From assembly GCA_022601345.1 (NCBI GenBank), contig JAJACU010000039.1, positions 25,741 to 89,740 of the forward strand: a stretch of 64,000 nucleotides of DNA. Direction: 5' to 3'. Of this stretch, positions 10,037 through 20,275 are shown in pieces (positions within the stretch are counted from its first letter, which is position 1; each line of letters opens with the position of its first letter). The notes beneath the pieces were generated by a model. That model worked only from the letters and a program-made list of their open reading frames with translations. It was not told the origin of the DNA and did not search any database. The DNA comes from Chlamydiota bacterium (lineage in GTDB: Bacteria; Chlamydiota; Chlamydiia; Chlamydiales; JAAZZY01). Both the position numbers and the translations under genes were made by a program.

Positions 10037-11690
10037 AGCGCACGTTATTATTGAAGAACTCATTCGTTTAGGAGTTGATTATTTTTGTATTGCTCCAGGT
10101 TCACGCTCAACGCCCCTCACATATGAAGTTGCTATAAAGAAGGAACTTAATGATCTTATTCATTATGATGAAAGAGGCCTTGCTTTTCATGCTTTAGGCT
10201 ATGCCAAGGCAACTAATAAACCTGCTGTAATTGTGATTACTTCAGGCTCTAGCCTTGCAAATGTTTTTCCTGCTGTAATCGAAGCTCACTATAGCAGTGT
10301 GCCACTCATTATTTTATCCGGAGACAGACCCCACGAACTCATTGATTGTGGCTCGAATCAAGCTATCGATCAAGTCAAGTTTTTTCAGAAATATGTAGAA
10401 TGGCAATCTGACTTGCCACTTTGTGATAACAAGCTTCCCATTGCCTCGATTTGCTCAACTGTCGACTTTGCATATTCAAAGGCAAATCTTGGCCCAGTTC
10501 ACCTTAACTGTCACTTTAGAGAACCCTTTTTACAAGATGAGGACGTCTTAGATGAAAAGGAGTATCAAAGCTGGAAGTCTAAAACAGTCCCTTATTGCAA
10601 CTATTCTAAATCACACCTTACATCAAAGCTTTGCACCCCTCCTGACTTACCTGAAAAAGGCGCAATTATTTTAGGTAAAGAAGTAGAAGAAGATGATCTT
10701 TTGCCTATCATTGAGCTTTCCAAAAAGCTTGAGTACCCAATTTTTTCTGATATTTTGGCAGCAAAATCACCAAAATTAACAGGACTAACAATTGAAAATT
10801 ACGAAACTATTATCAAAAGCAACTCAGAGATTTCCTTTGATTGTATTTTACAATTTGGTCACGCTTATTTGTCAAAAGCTCTTCTTCAACGTCTTAAAAA
10901 TAGCCCTCCATTAGAATACCACTTAATTTCAAAGACCCTTAGAAGATCTGATCCTAATCATCTATCGAGCACAACTCATATTATGAGTAGCCAAGATTTC
11001 TGCGGCTGCTTTTCTCAATTAAAAGCATCATCAACATGGATAGATTTTTGGAAAAGCTCAGATCATAAGATTTCAAAATTTTTAAATTCATATTTTGAGA
11101 ATTCAAAATCTTTAACCGAACCCTCAACGCTCAAAACTGTTTTTGCAAATGCAAAAGAAAATGACATTTTTTATATTGCTTCAAGTATGCCCATTCGAGA
11201 TGCATTGACCTTTGGAGCATCCCCAATGCCAATTAAGATTTTTTGCAATCGTGGTGCGAGCGGGACAGATGGAAACCTTGCGACTGCTTTTGGTGTTTCT
11301 CAAGGAGCCGACAAACCCGTAACAATTGTTATAGGTGACGTAGCATTTCTCTATGACTTAAATTCTTTAGCTATGATTGAAGAAATAAAGCACCCCCCAA
11401 CTATTGTAGTTATTAACAACTCAGGTTGCGGTGTATTTTCTTTTCTCCCTATTTCTAATCAAAAAGAAATTTTCAAACGCTACTTTCAGGCAGAGCATCC
11501 ATTTGTATTTAAAGGCGCAGCCGAGCAGTTTAACTTAGAGTATTCTAACCCACAAACCAATGAAGAACTACAAGAGGCGCTTACAAATAGAAATTCTAAA
11601 GGATCTCTAATAGAAATAACGACAATGGCTACAGAAAATTTTACGCTACACAAAACTATTGAAAGTGAAGTCCAAAATGCTTTGGCATAG
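10017..11690 (+). CDS. menD: 2-succinyl-5-enolpyruvyl-6-hydroxy-3-cyclohexene-1-carboxylate synthase
   Basis: ThDP enzyme pattern (IAPGSRSTPL, GDRPHELIDCGSNQAIDQ, GASGTDG, GDVAFLYDLNSL). 20-nt overlap with menF. Confidence 0.9.
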   Translation: MKVHNFKAHVIIEELIRLGVDYFCIAPGSRSTPLTYEVAIKKELNDLIHYDERGLAFHALGYAKATNKPAVIVITSGSSLANVFPAVIEAHYSSVPLIILSGDRPHELIDCGSNQAIDQVKFFQKYVEWQSDLPLCDNKLPIASICSTVDFAYSKANLGPVHLNCHFREPFLQDEDVLDEKEYQSWKSKTVPYCNYSKSHLTSKLCTPPDLPEKGAIILGKEVEEDDLLPIIELSKKLEYPIFSDILAAKSPKLTGLTIENYETIIKSNSEISFDCILQFGHAYLSKALLQRLKNSPPLEYHLISKTLRRSDPNHLSSTTHIMSSQDFCGCFSQLKASSTWIDFWKSSDHKISKFLNSYFENSKSLTEPSTLKTVFANAKENDIFYIASSMPIRDALTFGASPMPIKIFCNRGASGTDGNLATAFGVSQGADKPVTIVIGDVAFLYDLNSLAMIEEIKHPPTIVVINNSGCGVFSFLPISNQKEIFKRYFQAEHPFVFKGAAEQFNLEYSNPQTNEELQEALTNRNSKGSLIEITTMATENFTLHKTIESEVQNALA

Positions 11691-12480
11691 ATTTTGGGGA
11701 GAGCCCAAAAATCCGACTTTAATATTTTTTCATGGTTTTATGGGAACGCACGGTGACTTCAAGCCCATCATCAAAAATCTACAAAAAGATTATTTTTGCA
11801 TTGCCTTGGATTTACCTGGGCATGGCTTTTCTAAAAGTTTTCTACCATCTACAGCATGTGAATTTGACAAACTCATCCTTGAGACCATTGAGCCTTACAC
11901 GCATAACGACTATACACTCATAGGTTATTCAATGGGCGGGCGCATTGCATTAAAACTATTAAAGAATCTAAAACCTAATGCTTTAGCATTAATTTCAGCT
12001 AAAATATTTCCCTTAACAATCCAAGAGCAAAAAAAACGTTCTGAAAAAGATCACATACAATCTCTCGAGATGCAAGATTTGCCCTTTTTAAATTTTTTAA
12101 CAAACTGGTACAATCTTCCGTTATTTAAAACATTAGACAAAAAACAGAAGTTACTTCGTCAAATGATTGAAGAAAGACAACAACAATCTCCTCAAGCATT
12201 GTCACACATTTTAAAGCTCGTCTCTCCAGCTAGTTATTCTGTTAACAGGCAGGTTCTACATGAACTTCAATGCCCTTTGCTCTATTGTGCTGGAATTGAA
12301 GATGAAAAATATTATCGGCAAATTCAAGAGATCAAAGATCAAAAAAAAGATCTGTGGCTTGCAGCTTTTTCGGGAGCCTCGCATGCTCTACACTTAGAGC
12401 GCGCCAATGATTTTGCCCAAACCCTTAAACAATTTAACAGGTATTATTATGATAGATTGGAAACAACCTCACCTTTTTGA
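11659..12480 (+). CDS. menH: 2-succinyl-6-hydroxy-2,4-cyclohexadiene-1-carboxylate synthase (alpha/beta hydrolase)
   Basis: Alpha/beta-hydrolase motifs (LIFFHGFMG, nucleophile elbow GYSMGG) and position between menD and menB. The true start may be the ATG at 11677 (MLWHRFWG). Confidence 0.75.
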   Translation: MKVKSKMLWHRFWGEPKNPTLIFFHGFMGTHGDFKPIIKNLQKDYFCIALDLPGHGFSKSFLPSTACEFDKLILETIEPYTHNDYTLIGYSMGGRIALKLLKNLKPNALALISAKIFPLTIQEQKKRSEKDHIQSLEMQDLPFLNFLTNWYNLPLFKTLDKKQKLLRQMIEERQQQSPQALSHILKLVSPASYSVNRQVLHELQCPLLYCAGIEDEKYYRQIQEIKDQKKDLWLAAFSGASHALHLERANDFAQTLKQFNRYYYDRLETTSPF

Positions 12481-13267
12481 AGATATCCTTTATCAAACAC
12501 ATCAAGGGATTGCAAAAATTACAATTAACAGACCTCATGTCCACAATGCGTTTCGCCCTAAAACTGTAGACGAAATGTCACAAGCTTTAACTCATGCTCG
12601 TAACGATTCATCTGTAGGTGTTGTTATCTTGTGTGGTGCAGGTAGCAGAGCCTTTTGCTCGGGTGGGGATCAAAAAATTCGTGGGCATGCTGGCTACAGT
12701 GACCATGAAGATGGAGCAGAACGCCTTAATGTTTTAGATTTTCAAAGACAAATGCGCACAATGCCTAAACCTATTATAGCAATGGTTGCAGGATATGCAA
12801 TTGGTGGCGGGCATATTCTCCACCTTATTGCAGATCTCACAATCGCAGCAGACAATGCTGTTTTTGGACAAACAGGCCCAAAAGTTGGATCATTTGATGG
12901 AGGCCTTGGAGCTTCCTATATGGCTAGAATAATTGGCCAAAAGAAAGCTCGTGAAATGTGGTTTTTATGCAGGCAATACAATGCTCAAGAAGCTCTCGAT
13001 ATGGGACTTGTCAATACCGTCGTACCTCTTGAGGACTTAGAAACAGAAACCATTAAATGGTGCAAAGAAATTCTCCAACACTCTCCAATTGCTCTAAGAT
13101 GTTTAAAAGCTGGCCTAAATGCGGATTGCGATGGACAAATTGGTTTGCAAGAACTTGCCGGAAATGCAACTATGCTTTTTTACATGACAGAAGAAGGGCA
13201 AGAAGGTCGCAACGCCTTTGTTGAAAAAAGGCAGCCTGATTTCAGCTCTTTTCAAAGACAACCTTAA
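12449..13267 (+). CDS. menB: 1,4-dihydroxy-2-naphthoyl-CoA synthase
   Basis: Crotonase fold with MenB-typical sequence ([36 protein letters not shown]). The track ORF starts at 12407. I prefer ATG 12449 (MIDWKQP...), which matches normal MenB N-termini. Confidence 0.92.
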   Translation: MIDWKQPHLFEDILYQTHQGIAKITINRPHVHNAFRPKTVDEMSQALTHARNDSSVGVVILCGAGSRAFCSGGDQKIRGHAGYSDHEDGAERLNVLDFQRQMRTMPKPIIAMVAGYAIGGGHILHLIADLTIAADNAVFGQTGPKVGSFDGGLGASYMARIIGQKKAREMWFLCRQYNAQEALDMGLVNTVVPLEDLETETIKWCKEILQHSPIALRCLKAGLNADCDGQIGLQELAGNATMLFYMTEEGQEGRNAFVEKRQPDFSSFQRQP

Positions 13268-13284
13268 ACATTGAGGACGTTAAC

Positions 13285-14175
13285 ATGAAAACAAAACCAA
13301 TAGCATTAAACCCATGGTTAATCGCAACGCGCCCAAAAACGTTAACAGCTGGGCTCTCTCCTGTTGTTTTAGGGATGAGCTTTGCCCTTAGTGAAGGTTT
13401 TTTTAATTTTAGAATTTTAATAATGATTCTTATTGCAACTGTCGCTTTGCAAATTGCAACAAATCTAACAAACGATTACTTTGATTTCATAAAGGGAATT
13501 GATGACAAAGACCGTGTTGGCTTTACCAAAGTTTTAGTTGAAGGGTTAATATCAGTTCAATCTATGCGTAAAGCTATTTTTGCTGTTTTCGCAGTTGCAG
13601 GACTTGCTTCTACCTACCTGATTATCAAGGGAGGTTGGCCAATTGCAATTATTGCAATCACAGCTATTTTATTTGCTGTGCTCTACACTGCTGGACCATT
13701 TCCATTAGGACACATTGGTTTAGCAGACCCTGTTGAATTTATTTATTTTGGCCCAATTGCAGTTAGCGGAACTTATTATTTACTGGCCCATTCATTACCT
13801 CTATATGTCATGATAGGCGGTTGCATACCTGGCTTTTTATCCCTTGCAATACTTACTGTTGACAATCTTCGTGATTATGAAACAGATAAAGCAAAAGGCA
13901 AAAAATCTCTTTGCGTTCGCTTTGGTAAAAAATTTGCTCAATTTGAATATTATCTTTGTGTGCTCTGTGGCTTTTTAACTCCCATAGTTTTAGTCGCCAT
14001 TACAAGGAAACATTTTCTTTCTTTAAGTTGCTTTATTATGCTCCCATTGTATAAAACCTGTCTAGACGCTGTAAGAGACAACCACAGTGCAGATGACCTT
14101 AACAAAGCGCTCAAGCAAACAGCAGCGAGTCTGCTTTTGTTTACGCTTATTTTTTCAACAGGATGGCTTTTGTGA
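13285..14175 (+). CDS. menA: 1,4-dihydroxy-2-naphthoate polyprenyltransferase
   Basis: UbiA-family membrane prenyltransferase (NDYFDFIKGID, DNLRDYETD), about 8-9 TM. Confidence 0.9.
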   Translation: MKTKPIALNPWLIATRPKTLTAGLSPVVLGMSFALSEGFFNFRILIMILIATVALQIATNLTNDYFDFIKGIDDKDRVGFTKVLVEGLISVQSMRKAIFAVFAVAGLASTYLIIKGGWPIAIIAITAILFAVLYTAGPFPLGHIGLADPVEFIYFGPIAVSGTYYLLAHSLPLYVMIGGCIPGFLSLAILTVDNLRDYETDKAKGKKSLCVRFGKKFAQFEYYLCVLCGFLTPIVLVAITRKHFLSLSCFIMLPLYKTCLDAVRDNHSADDLNKALKQTAASLLLFTLIFSTGWLL

Positions 14176-15236
14176 AGATCCAAAATCTTCAACTCTACTC
14201 ATATCATTTAAAATTAAAACAACCTCTATCGTTGAAAGGATCCCTTTTAGATCATAGAGAGGGGTTGATTTTAAAAGTTACTTGTGAGCACGGACAATCG
14301 ATTCAAACAGATATCGCACCCCTTTTAAATTTTCACACTGAATCTATTTCAAGCATTTTAAAAATTTTTCCACAAATCAAAAAAGCTCTTACTAAAAGCT
14401 TTTGGTCTTTAAAGCTTCTTTTAAATTCAGAGAACCTTTTATCCCAAAATCTATCATACAAAAAATATCCCTCACTGTATTTTGCGATTGAATTTGCGCT
14501 TCTATGCCATTTAATGCCAAAATTAGATCACTTCCAAGATATTAAAATTAACGCGCTTCTATCTGGAGCTGACAGTGAGCTAGAATTGAAAGCTCCTCTT
14601 ATTAGAGATTATGAATCAGTGAAACTCAAGGCAGGGCCTAGAAATGCTTATGAGCTTTTATCACTCATTGAAAAAATTCAACCCCACCTTAGGCCTCAAC
14701 AAAAGCTACGCATTGACTTTAACAGATCATGGAAGCTTACAGAGCTTCTCGAATTTTGTAAGTATTTCCCAATTGAGCTTTGTGAATACCTTGAAGAACC
14801 TTTAGAAAATCCACTTGAGCTTTTACATTTCTCAAGCCACTGCGCTCATCCTATTGCATTTGATGAATCACTGCTCGACACTTCACTTGAATTTTTACTT
14901 ACAATTCCCACCAAGCGTGCATTTATTATAAAGCCGACTCTTATCGGATCGCTCCAAAAAGTCAACTACTTATATTCTAAGGCAAGGCTACACAACCTTC
15001 AATTCATATTAACCAGTGCATTTGAAAGCGGCATTGGACACTTAATGGTTGCTCAACTTGCACACTACCTAGCCATTGAAGACCCTATTGGTTTAGACAC
15101 CTATCAATGGCTAGAAAATGATGTCTTAACAAAGCCCCTAGAGTTTAACAAAGGCAAGCTCGATTTAAAAGAGCAGCATATCTTAAACCCCTACATCAAC
15201 TGGAAAGCTCTTACTTCTTGCTATGAAAATGCTTAA
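14163..15236 (+). CDS. menC: o-succinylbenzoate synthase
   Basis: Enolase-superfamily size and pattern (VKLK, RIDFNRSW, EEP, FDES), placed between menA and menE. Overlaps menA by 13 nt. Confidence 0.75.
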   Translation: MAFVKIQNLQLYSYHLKLKQPLSLKGSLLDHREGLILKVTCEHGQSIQTDIAPLLNFHTESISSILKIFPQIKKALTKSFWSLKLLLNSENLLSQNLSYKKYPSLYFAIEFALLCHLMPKLDHFQDIKINALLSGADSELELKAPLIRDYESVKLKAGPRNAYELLSLIEKIQPHLRPQQKLRIDFNRSWKLTELLEFCKYFPIELCEYLEEPLENPLELLHFSSHCAHPIAFDESLLDTSLEFLLTIPTKRAFIIKPTLIGSLQKVNYLYSKARLHNLQFILTSAFESGIGHLMVAQLAHYLAIEDPIGLDTYQWLENDVLTKPLEFNKGKLDLKEQHILNPYINWKALTSCYENA

Positions 15237-16539
15237 ATGCCAACTCTACAATAATGCTCTAAACTACCCCAACCAAAGTTTTATTGCAGGAGCTCAGACT
15301 TTCACATATTTAGAGTTTGAAACCTACACACAACAAATTCAAGCGCAACTTAGCGTCTATAGTCCTGGCCAAGTCATTGCTTCATCTTGCAAAAACCCTT
15401 CATTTTTTATAGCGCTTTTGATTGCAGCTATGCGACAAAAACTAATTGTTTTTCCAATAAACTTTCGCTTACCTCCAGAAGAAATCGACAAAAGAGTTCT
15501 AGAAGTTAATGCAGTAGGTATATTTGAGAAAGCTATTGCACTTGATGCGATGTTCAAACCAAGCTTTGAAGTAGCACCTACATACTCTCAAAGAGCTCCT
15601 GCAACTTATTTAATGACCTCAGGCAGCAGCCAATCTCCAAAAATATGTGTTCACTCCATAGAAAATCATTATTGCAATGCTAGAGCTTCTAATGAAGTTT
15701 TAAACTTTTCACAGGGCGATGGATGGCTGCTTTCTCTTCCACTTTTTCATGTTAGCGGCATCAGCTTAATTTTCCGCTCTTTACTTGCAAAAGCAACACT
15801 TATTCTACCTTCTAACGACACCTCACATGATCTTTTAACACAAAAAATAACTCACCTATCTTGCGTCAATGCGCAACTGCAAAAACTTCTAGACAACCCC
15901 AAGCTTTTAAAGCCCCTTAAAGTTATTTTGTTGGGAGGAAGTGCTCCTTCTTTAGAGTTAGTAAATAAATCAAAAGACTTAGGCCTTGCTCTGCACGTAA
16001 CCTATGGGTTAACAGAGATGGCTTCACAAGTGGCAACTTCTGAGCAAAGAGGCCTAGAACTACAAATATTAAATTGTGCAAATGTTCAAATTGATTTTAA
16101 CAGTCAAATTCTTGTAAGAGGGCCTGCTCTTTTTCTAGGATATTTATTTGATGGAAAAGTTTTGTCCTCTACAAATAAGGATGGCTGGTTTGAGACAGGT
16201 GATATAGGAGAGCTAAACACAAAATACCTAAGTGTAATAGGTAGACGAGACAATCTTTTCATCAGCGGCGGTGAAAATATTCAACCCGAAGAAATAGAGG
16301 CTCTCCTTCAAGAATACCCAGATATAACTGAAGCTATTGTGGTGGCAAAACCTCATCCTAAATTTGGACACATTCCAGCAGCATTTATAAAAGCAAAAGA
16401 AAATTTCAATGCAGGTAGCCTAAAAAAATTTTTGGAAAGCAAACTGCCCAAGTATAAAATTCCTAAACTTTACCTTCCTTTAAACTACAAAACTTTAAAA
16501 CCTTGCAGAAAACTTCTTAAAAAGTTAGTTGAAAGCTAA
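15223..16539 (+). CDS. menE: o-succinylbenzoate-CoA ligase
   Basis: Adenylate-forming enzyme motifs (YLMTSGSSQSPK, YGLTE, GDIG, GRRDNLFISGGENI). Overlaps menC by 14 nt. Confidence 0.8.
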   Translation: MKMLKCQLYNNALNYPNQSFIAGAQTFTYLEFETYTQQIQAQLSVYSPGQVIASSCKNPSFFIALLIAAMRQKLIVFPINFRLPPEEIDKRVLEVNAVGIFEKAIALDAMFKPSFEVAPTYSQRAPATYLMTSGSSQSPKICVHSIENHYCNARASNEVLNFSQGDGWLLSLPLFHVSGISLIFRSLLAKATLILPSNDTSHDLLTQKITHLSCVNAQLQKLLDNPKLLKPLKVILLGGSAPSLELVNKSKDLGLALHVTYGLTEMASQVATSEQRGLELQILNCANVQIDFNSQILVRGPALFLGYLFDGKVLSSTNKDGWFETGDIGELNTKYLSVIGRRDNLFISGGENIQPEEIEALLQEYPDITEAIVVAKPHPKFGHIPAAFIKAKENFNAGSLKKFLESKLPKYKIPKLYLPLNYKTLKPCRKLLKKLVES

Positions 16540-16627
16540 ATATTTTCAACTCATTGATTTTCAAAATAATCAGAAAATTGTTAGAATGATTCCTTATTAG
16601 GAAAACACCGTAGCATAAAATTTTAAA

Positions 16628-16999
16628 ATGACAACTTATAGTAATGATTTAAGCCCGAGATCTCAAAATCTTTTAAGCATGCAATGGTTAAAAAATCCTA
16701 GAGATAAGGATCCTGCAGAGGTTAGTGTTACATATGATGGTAACAGTAGTTTTGAAATTAAATGCACAAGTGGGCATAAAACATTTAAAATCAATCTTCA
16801 ACGAAATCCCACATCGAGAACCGATCTAGATAGAATCTATGCCCAGTTCGAAGGTTCAATGGAGATCAGCGCCGGACCACTGTTTGCAGAAGAAAATGTC
16901 CGTGTAAGAGAAGGTGAGACTTCGTTTCAGCTCAAAATATTTACAGTAGGCAGATCGTCTGATGAACCTATGGTTTTATTCTTTGAAAAAGACTCTTAA
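16628..16999 (+). CDS. hypothetical protein
   Basis: 123-aa ORF with no recognisable motif. Its 3' end overlaps the convergent thioesterase gene by 4 nt. Confidence 0.4.
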   Translation: MTTYSNDLSPRSQNLLSMQWLKNPRDKDPAEVSVTYDGNSSFEIKCTSGHKTFKINLQRNPTSRTDLDRIYAQFEGSMEISAGPLFAEENVRVREGETSFQLKIFTVGRSSDEPMVLFFEKDS

Positions 17000-17415
17000 A
17001 TAGAATTATTAGAATATTTTTTTAGTAATTCTCTAAAATTGCTAGGTATAACCTTCTTCTCAAGTTTAGAACCGCCAATTGTCGCATGTACAACTTTTGC
17101 TTGGGCCACTTCATTTTGAGCGACCAAAAGCTTGTAACACATTGTAAAAGAACTTTCCCCTACTTCACCAACTGTAAGCTCAATATCTACTTCATCATCT
17201 AGAAAAATCAAACCCTTATAGTCTGCCTCAGCATGCACAACAGGAAAAACAAAATCCCTTTTTTCAAGCCTGTCTTTGATGCCAAATCCAAAATCTCTTA
17301 AAAATCCAGCAAAGGCATCATGAATAAAATAAAATAGCTGCCCGTAGAATATGATTTTTGCTCCATCTAAGTGATAGAGCTCAATGCGTTTTTTGTAGGT
17401 ATAGACTTGATTCAT
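16996..17415 (-). CDS. hotdog-fold acyl-CoA thioesterase (4HBT/YbgC-like); candidate DHNA-CoA thioesterase
   Basis: 139 aa with a 4HBT-type N-terminal pattern (RIELYHLDGAKIIFYGQLFYFIHDAFAGFL). Convergent with the end of the men operon. Confidence 0.65.
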   Translation of the reverse strand: MNQVYTYKKRIELYHLDGAKIIFYGQLFYFIHDAFAGFLRDFGFGIKDRLEKRDFVFPVVHAEADYKGLIFLDDEVDIELTVGEVGESSFTMCYKLLVAQNEVAQAKVVHATIGGSKLEKKVIPSNFRELLKKYSNNSI

Positions 17416-17457
17416 GGTATGGATGTTAATAACTATATTATTAAAAAAAAAGTAAAA

Positions 17458-18693
17458 CTACTGTGCAGTATCTTCTTTTGGAATCACAGATTGCATGGTG
17501 AGCCCTTGAACAAGAACTGAAAAGGCCATTACAATATAGGTTGTCGTCAAAATAATTTCTCTATAGGGATTTGGTGGAATAGAGAGAGCCATGGCAACTG
17601 AAAGTCCCCCGCGTAAACCTCCCCATGTAAGCATTAAGACAACCTTATCTACAAAACCTCGAAAAAAGGAGAAACAGCGAATCGGCACCCAAACGCTTAA
17701 AAAGCGTGCAAAAAGAACAACAGCAATGGCAATGAGACCTACAAAAACATTGTTCCAAGTAAAAGATAAAAGAAGAACTTCAAGCCCAATCAATACAAAT
17801 AAAATTGAATTTAAAACTTCATCAATAATTTCCCAAAAAGTATCTAGATATTTCCTTGACTCTTCATCTAGTGCTTTTAAACGTCCGTGGTTACCTACAA
17901 GAATACCTGCCATAACCATAGCAATGGGGCCAGACGTTTCAAGGGCAAGTGCTAGAGCATACCCTCCAGTGACAACCGCTAAGGTTATGAGAACCTGCAC
18001 ATAATAATCTTTGACGGTATTGAGTAAAAAATAGGCAAACCACCCTAAAATGAAACCAAGTACAAGCCCTCCAAATGCTTCTCTAATAAAAAGTAATAGC
18101 ACCTGAGTTGGAGCAAAATCAGCAGTTGTTATGACTTGCATTATGGTGATAAAGATCACAATGCCTACTCCATCATTAAAAAGAGATTCTCCAGCTATTT
18201 TGATTTGAAGAGGTTGAGGGGCTTTAGCATTTTTTAACATAGCTAAAACAGCGATGGGATCTGTTGGAGAAATTAGGGCTCCAAATAAAAAACAGTAAAT
18301 CCAGGGCAGTTCGAAACCAAAAAGGCGAAAAACAAAGTAAATCAAAAAACCAACGATAGCTGTTGAGGCGATAGTTCCTAATAAAGCTAAGGTTACAACA
18401 ACCCATTTTTCTTTACGAAGATCTGTAAGGTTAATATGTAATGAACCTGCAAAAAGCAGAAAGCTAAGCAATCCATTGATTAAAACCTTACTAAAATCTA
18501 AATTACCAATAAGTTTAGAGGCTGGAGCTTGAACATCAAAACCTACTAAGTGTAGAAAAATCAAAAATGCAGAAAAAAGAATTGAAATTGCCATCAACCC
18601 AATAGTTGTTGGCAATTTGATAAATTTATAGTTGATGTAGCTGAATAAACCTGTAATTGTAATTACAATGGCAATAAGGTTGAATAAAGTCAT
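17458..18693 (-). CDS. Na+/H+ (cation:proton) antiporter, CPA1/NhaP-type
   Basis: 411 aa with about 11-12 TM. Typical motifs: FGALISPTDPIAV and ESLFNDGVGIV. Confidence 0.85.
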   Translation of the reverse strand: MTLFNLIAIVITITGLFSYINYKFIKLPTTIGLMAISILFSAFLIFLHLVGFDVQAPASKLIGNLDFSKVLINGLLSFLLFAGSLHINLTDLRKEKWVVVTLALLGTIASTAIVGFLIYFVFRLFGFELPWIYCFLFGALISPTDPIAVLAMLKNAKAPQPLQIKIAGESLFNDGVGIVIFITIMQVITTADFAPTQVLLLFIREAFGGLVLGFILGWFAYFLLNTVKDYYVQVLITLAVVTGGYALALALETSGPIAMVMAGILVGNHGRLKALDEESRKYLDTFWEIIDEVLNSILFVLIGLEVLLLSFTWNNVFVGLIAIAVVLFARFLSVWVPIRCFSFFRGFVDKVVLMLTWGGLRGGLSVAMALSIPPNPYREIILTTTYIVMAFSVLVQGLTMQSVIPKEDTAQ

Positions 18694-18781
18694 AACTTTT
18701 GTAATTGTTTAAAATTACATCTATAACTTTTGAAGATTTTATAAGCAAATACATGGTGCTATAAAAAATACGAAACTAACT

Positions 18782-20137
18782 TTAGACTAAAGCAAGTGGA
18801 GACACAGGCTTTAAAACTGTTCCTACAAGATCATACTCTAAAGCTTCTGTAATTTTGACTTTGTACTTCTTACCAAAAGCATCCACTTTATCATGTTGGT
18901 TTAGAATGACCATGCCATCAATTTCAGGGCTTTGTCCAAAAAATCGACCTCTCATTAAAAGCTCTGACTCTGGGTGATAACCTTCAACAAAAACATCCAA
19001 AGTTTTACCAACCCATTTTTGGTTTTGCTCTTTTGAAACTTTATTTAGAATTTGCATTAGGCGATCATAACGAGCCTCTTTAACATCTTCTGGTATTTGT
19101 TCATCCATTGAGTAAGCATAGGCTCCTTTTTCCTTAGAGAACTGAAACACACCAACGTTATCTAAGGGATATTTTTGAACAAAATCACAAAGTTCTTCAA
19201 ACTCTTCATCTGTCTCTGAAGGAAAACCCACCATTAAGCTTGTGCGCACAACAACTTCAGGTATTTTCTCTTTAAGAGTTTTAATAATGTGAATAATTTC
19301 AGAACGAGAAGTTTTTCTGCGCATTTTTTTCAAAATGCGATCGTTAATATGCTGCAAAGGCATGTCTAGATATGGGAGAAGCCTCTCATCACTTTTTATC
19401 AAGTCAATGAGCTCATCATCAATTTCATCGGGATAGATATATAAAAGACGGATCCAGTGATCACCCTCTACTTTTAAAAGTTCTTTAAGAAGAATTTTTA
19501 AATTACCATCAGCATGCCCCTGGTCTTTTCCAAAGTCTCCTAAATCTTGAGCAATCAAAATTACTTCTTGTACACCCTGTGAGAGTAGAATTTTAAATTC
19601 TTTGACAATTTGATTTATATCTTTACTTTGAAGCGGGCCCTTGATCTTAGGAATAATACAAAAAGAGCATCTCTTGCGACAGCCTTCTGCTATTTTCAAG
19701 TATGCATAATTAGGAGGAGTGGTAAGAGTACGAGGCACCTCTCCTTGTTCAATATAGCTTCTAGCAGAGGTAATAAAATCTTGAGGATTTTCTGATTCAA
19801 TTGCTTTTAAAACACTCTTAACATCGCCTGACCCAATCAAGGCATCAATTGAAGGATATTTTTCTCTAATCTGTTCTTGGTGTTGGCCAACCATGCAACC
19901 TGTAGCAATCACCTTAGCCCCTTTTTTACGATAGGCCAAAAACTCTTCGATAACTGAATTGGACTCGTCGCGAGAAGCTTGAAGGAATCCGCATGTATTT
20001 ACAATTAAGTAATCAGCTTTTTCCAGTTCACCAATAATCTCATAGCCTGCTTTCATCAGCATGCCAATCATCACTTCGCTATCTACTAGATTTCTAGGAC
20101 AGCCTAAAGATGTAAAATGTATTTTATTTCCACTCAT
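18782..20137 (-). CDS. rimO: ribosomal protein S12 methylthiotransferase (radical SAM MTTase)
   Basis: N-terminal SLGCPRNLVDSE, radical SAM CxxxCxxC (CRKRCSFCIIP) and a C-terminal TRAM-like region. Confidence 0.82.
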   Translation of the reverse strand: MSGNKIHFTSLGCPRNLVDSEVMIGMLMKAGYEIIGELEKADYLIVNTCGFLQASRDESNSVIEEFLAYRKKGAKVIATGCMVGQHQEQIREKYPSIDALIGSGDVKSVLKAIESENPQDFITSARSYIEQGEVPRTLTTPPNYAYLKIAEGCRKRCSFCIIPKIKGPLQSKDINQIVKEFKILLSQGVQEVILIAQDLGDFGKDQGHADGNLKILLKELLKVEGDHWIRLLYIYPDEIDDELIDLIKSDERLLPYLDMPLQHINDRILKKMRRKTSRSEIIHIIKTLKEKIPEVVVRTSLMVGFPSETDEEFEELCDFVQKYPLDNVGVFQFSKEKGAYAYSMDEQIPEDVKEARYDRLMQILNKVSKEQNQKWVGKTLDVFVEGYHPESELLMRGRFFGQSPEIDGMVILNQHDKVDAFGKKYKVKITEALEYDLVGTVLKPVSPLALV

Positions 20138-20180
20138 AATGGGAAGTATTTTGCCTTAAATTCATAAAAAATTAAAGGAT

Positions 20181-20218
20181 AAAAAAAAGCTCAAGTCAAT
20201 TATTATTTTGACTCGAGC
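20181..20218 (-). terminator. rho-independent terminator downstream of the 20276..20926 gene
   Basis: On the minus strand: GCTCGAGTCAA, loop AATAATAA, TTGACTTGAGC (11-bp stem, one G-U pair), followed by T8. Confidence 0.6.
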
Positions 20219-20275
20219 TCTATACCTAAGTATTTAACTTAAATAGTCTCTCAATTGAGTAAGTTACAGATAAAC

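Noticed and set aside
17591-18004. Long antisense ORFs inside well-supported genes. Examples: 17591..18004 in the antiporter, 25895..26356 in aroC, 27952..28290 in the AOS gene, 29399..29710, 39939..40280 and 40848..41144 in the 580-aa orphan, 55521..55847 in the HEAT gene, and the many 60-90-aa track entries.
   Set aside because: Each lies fully within a gene with clear family motifs or better context on the other strand. Their products are compositionally odd (Arg/Ser/Lys-rich) with no motifs, so they are shadow ORFs.
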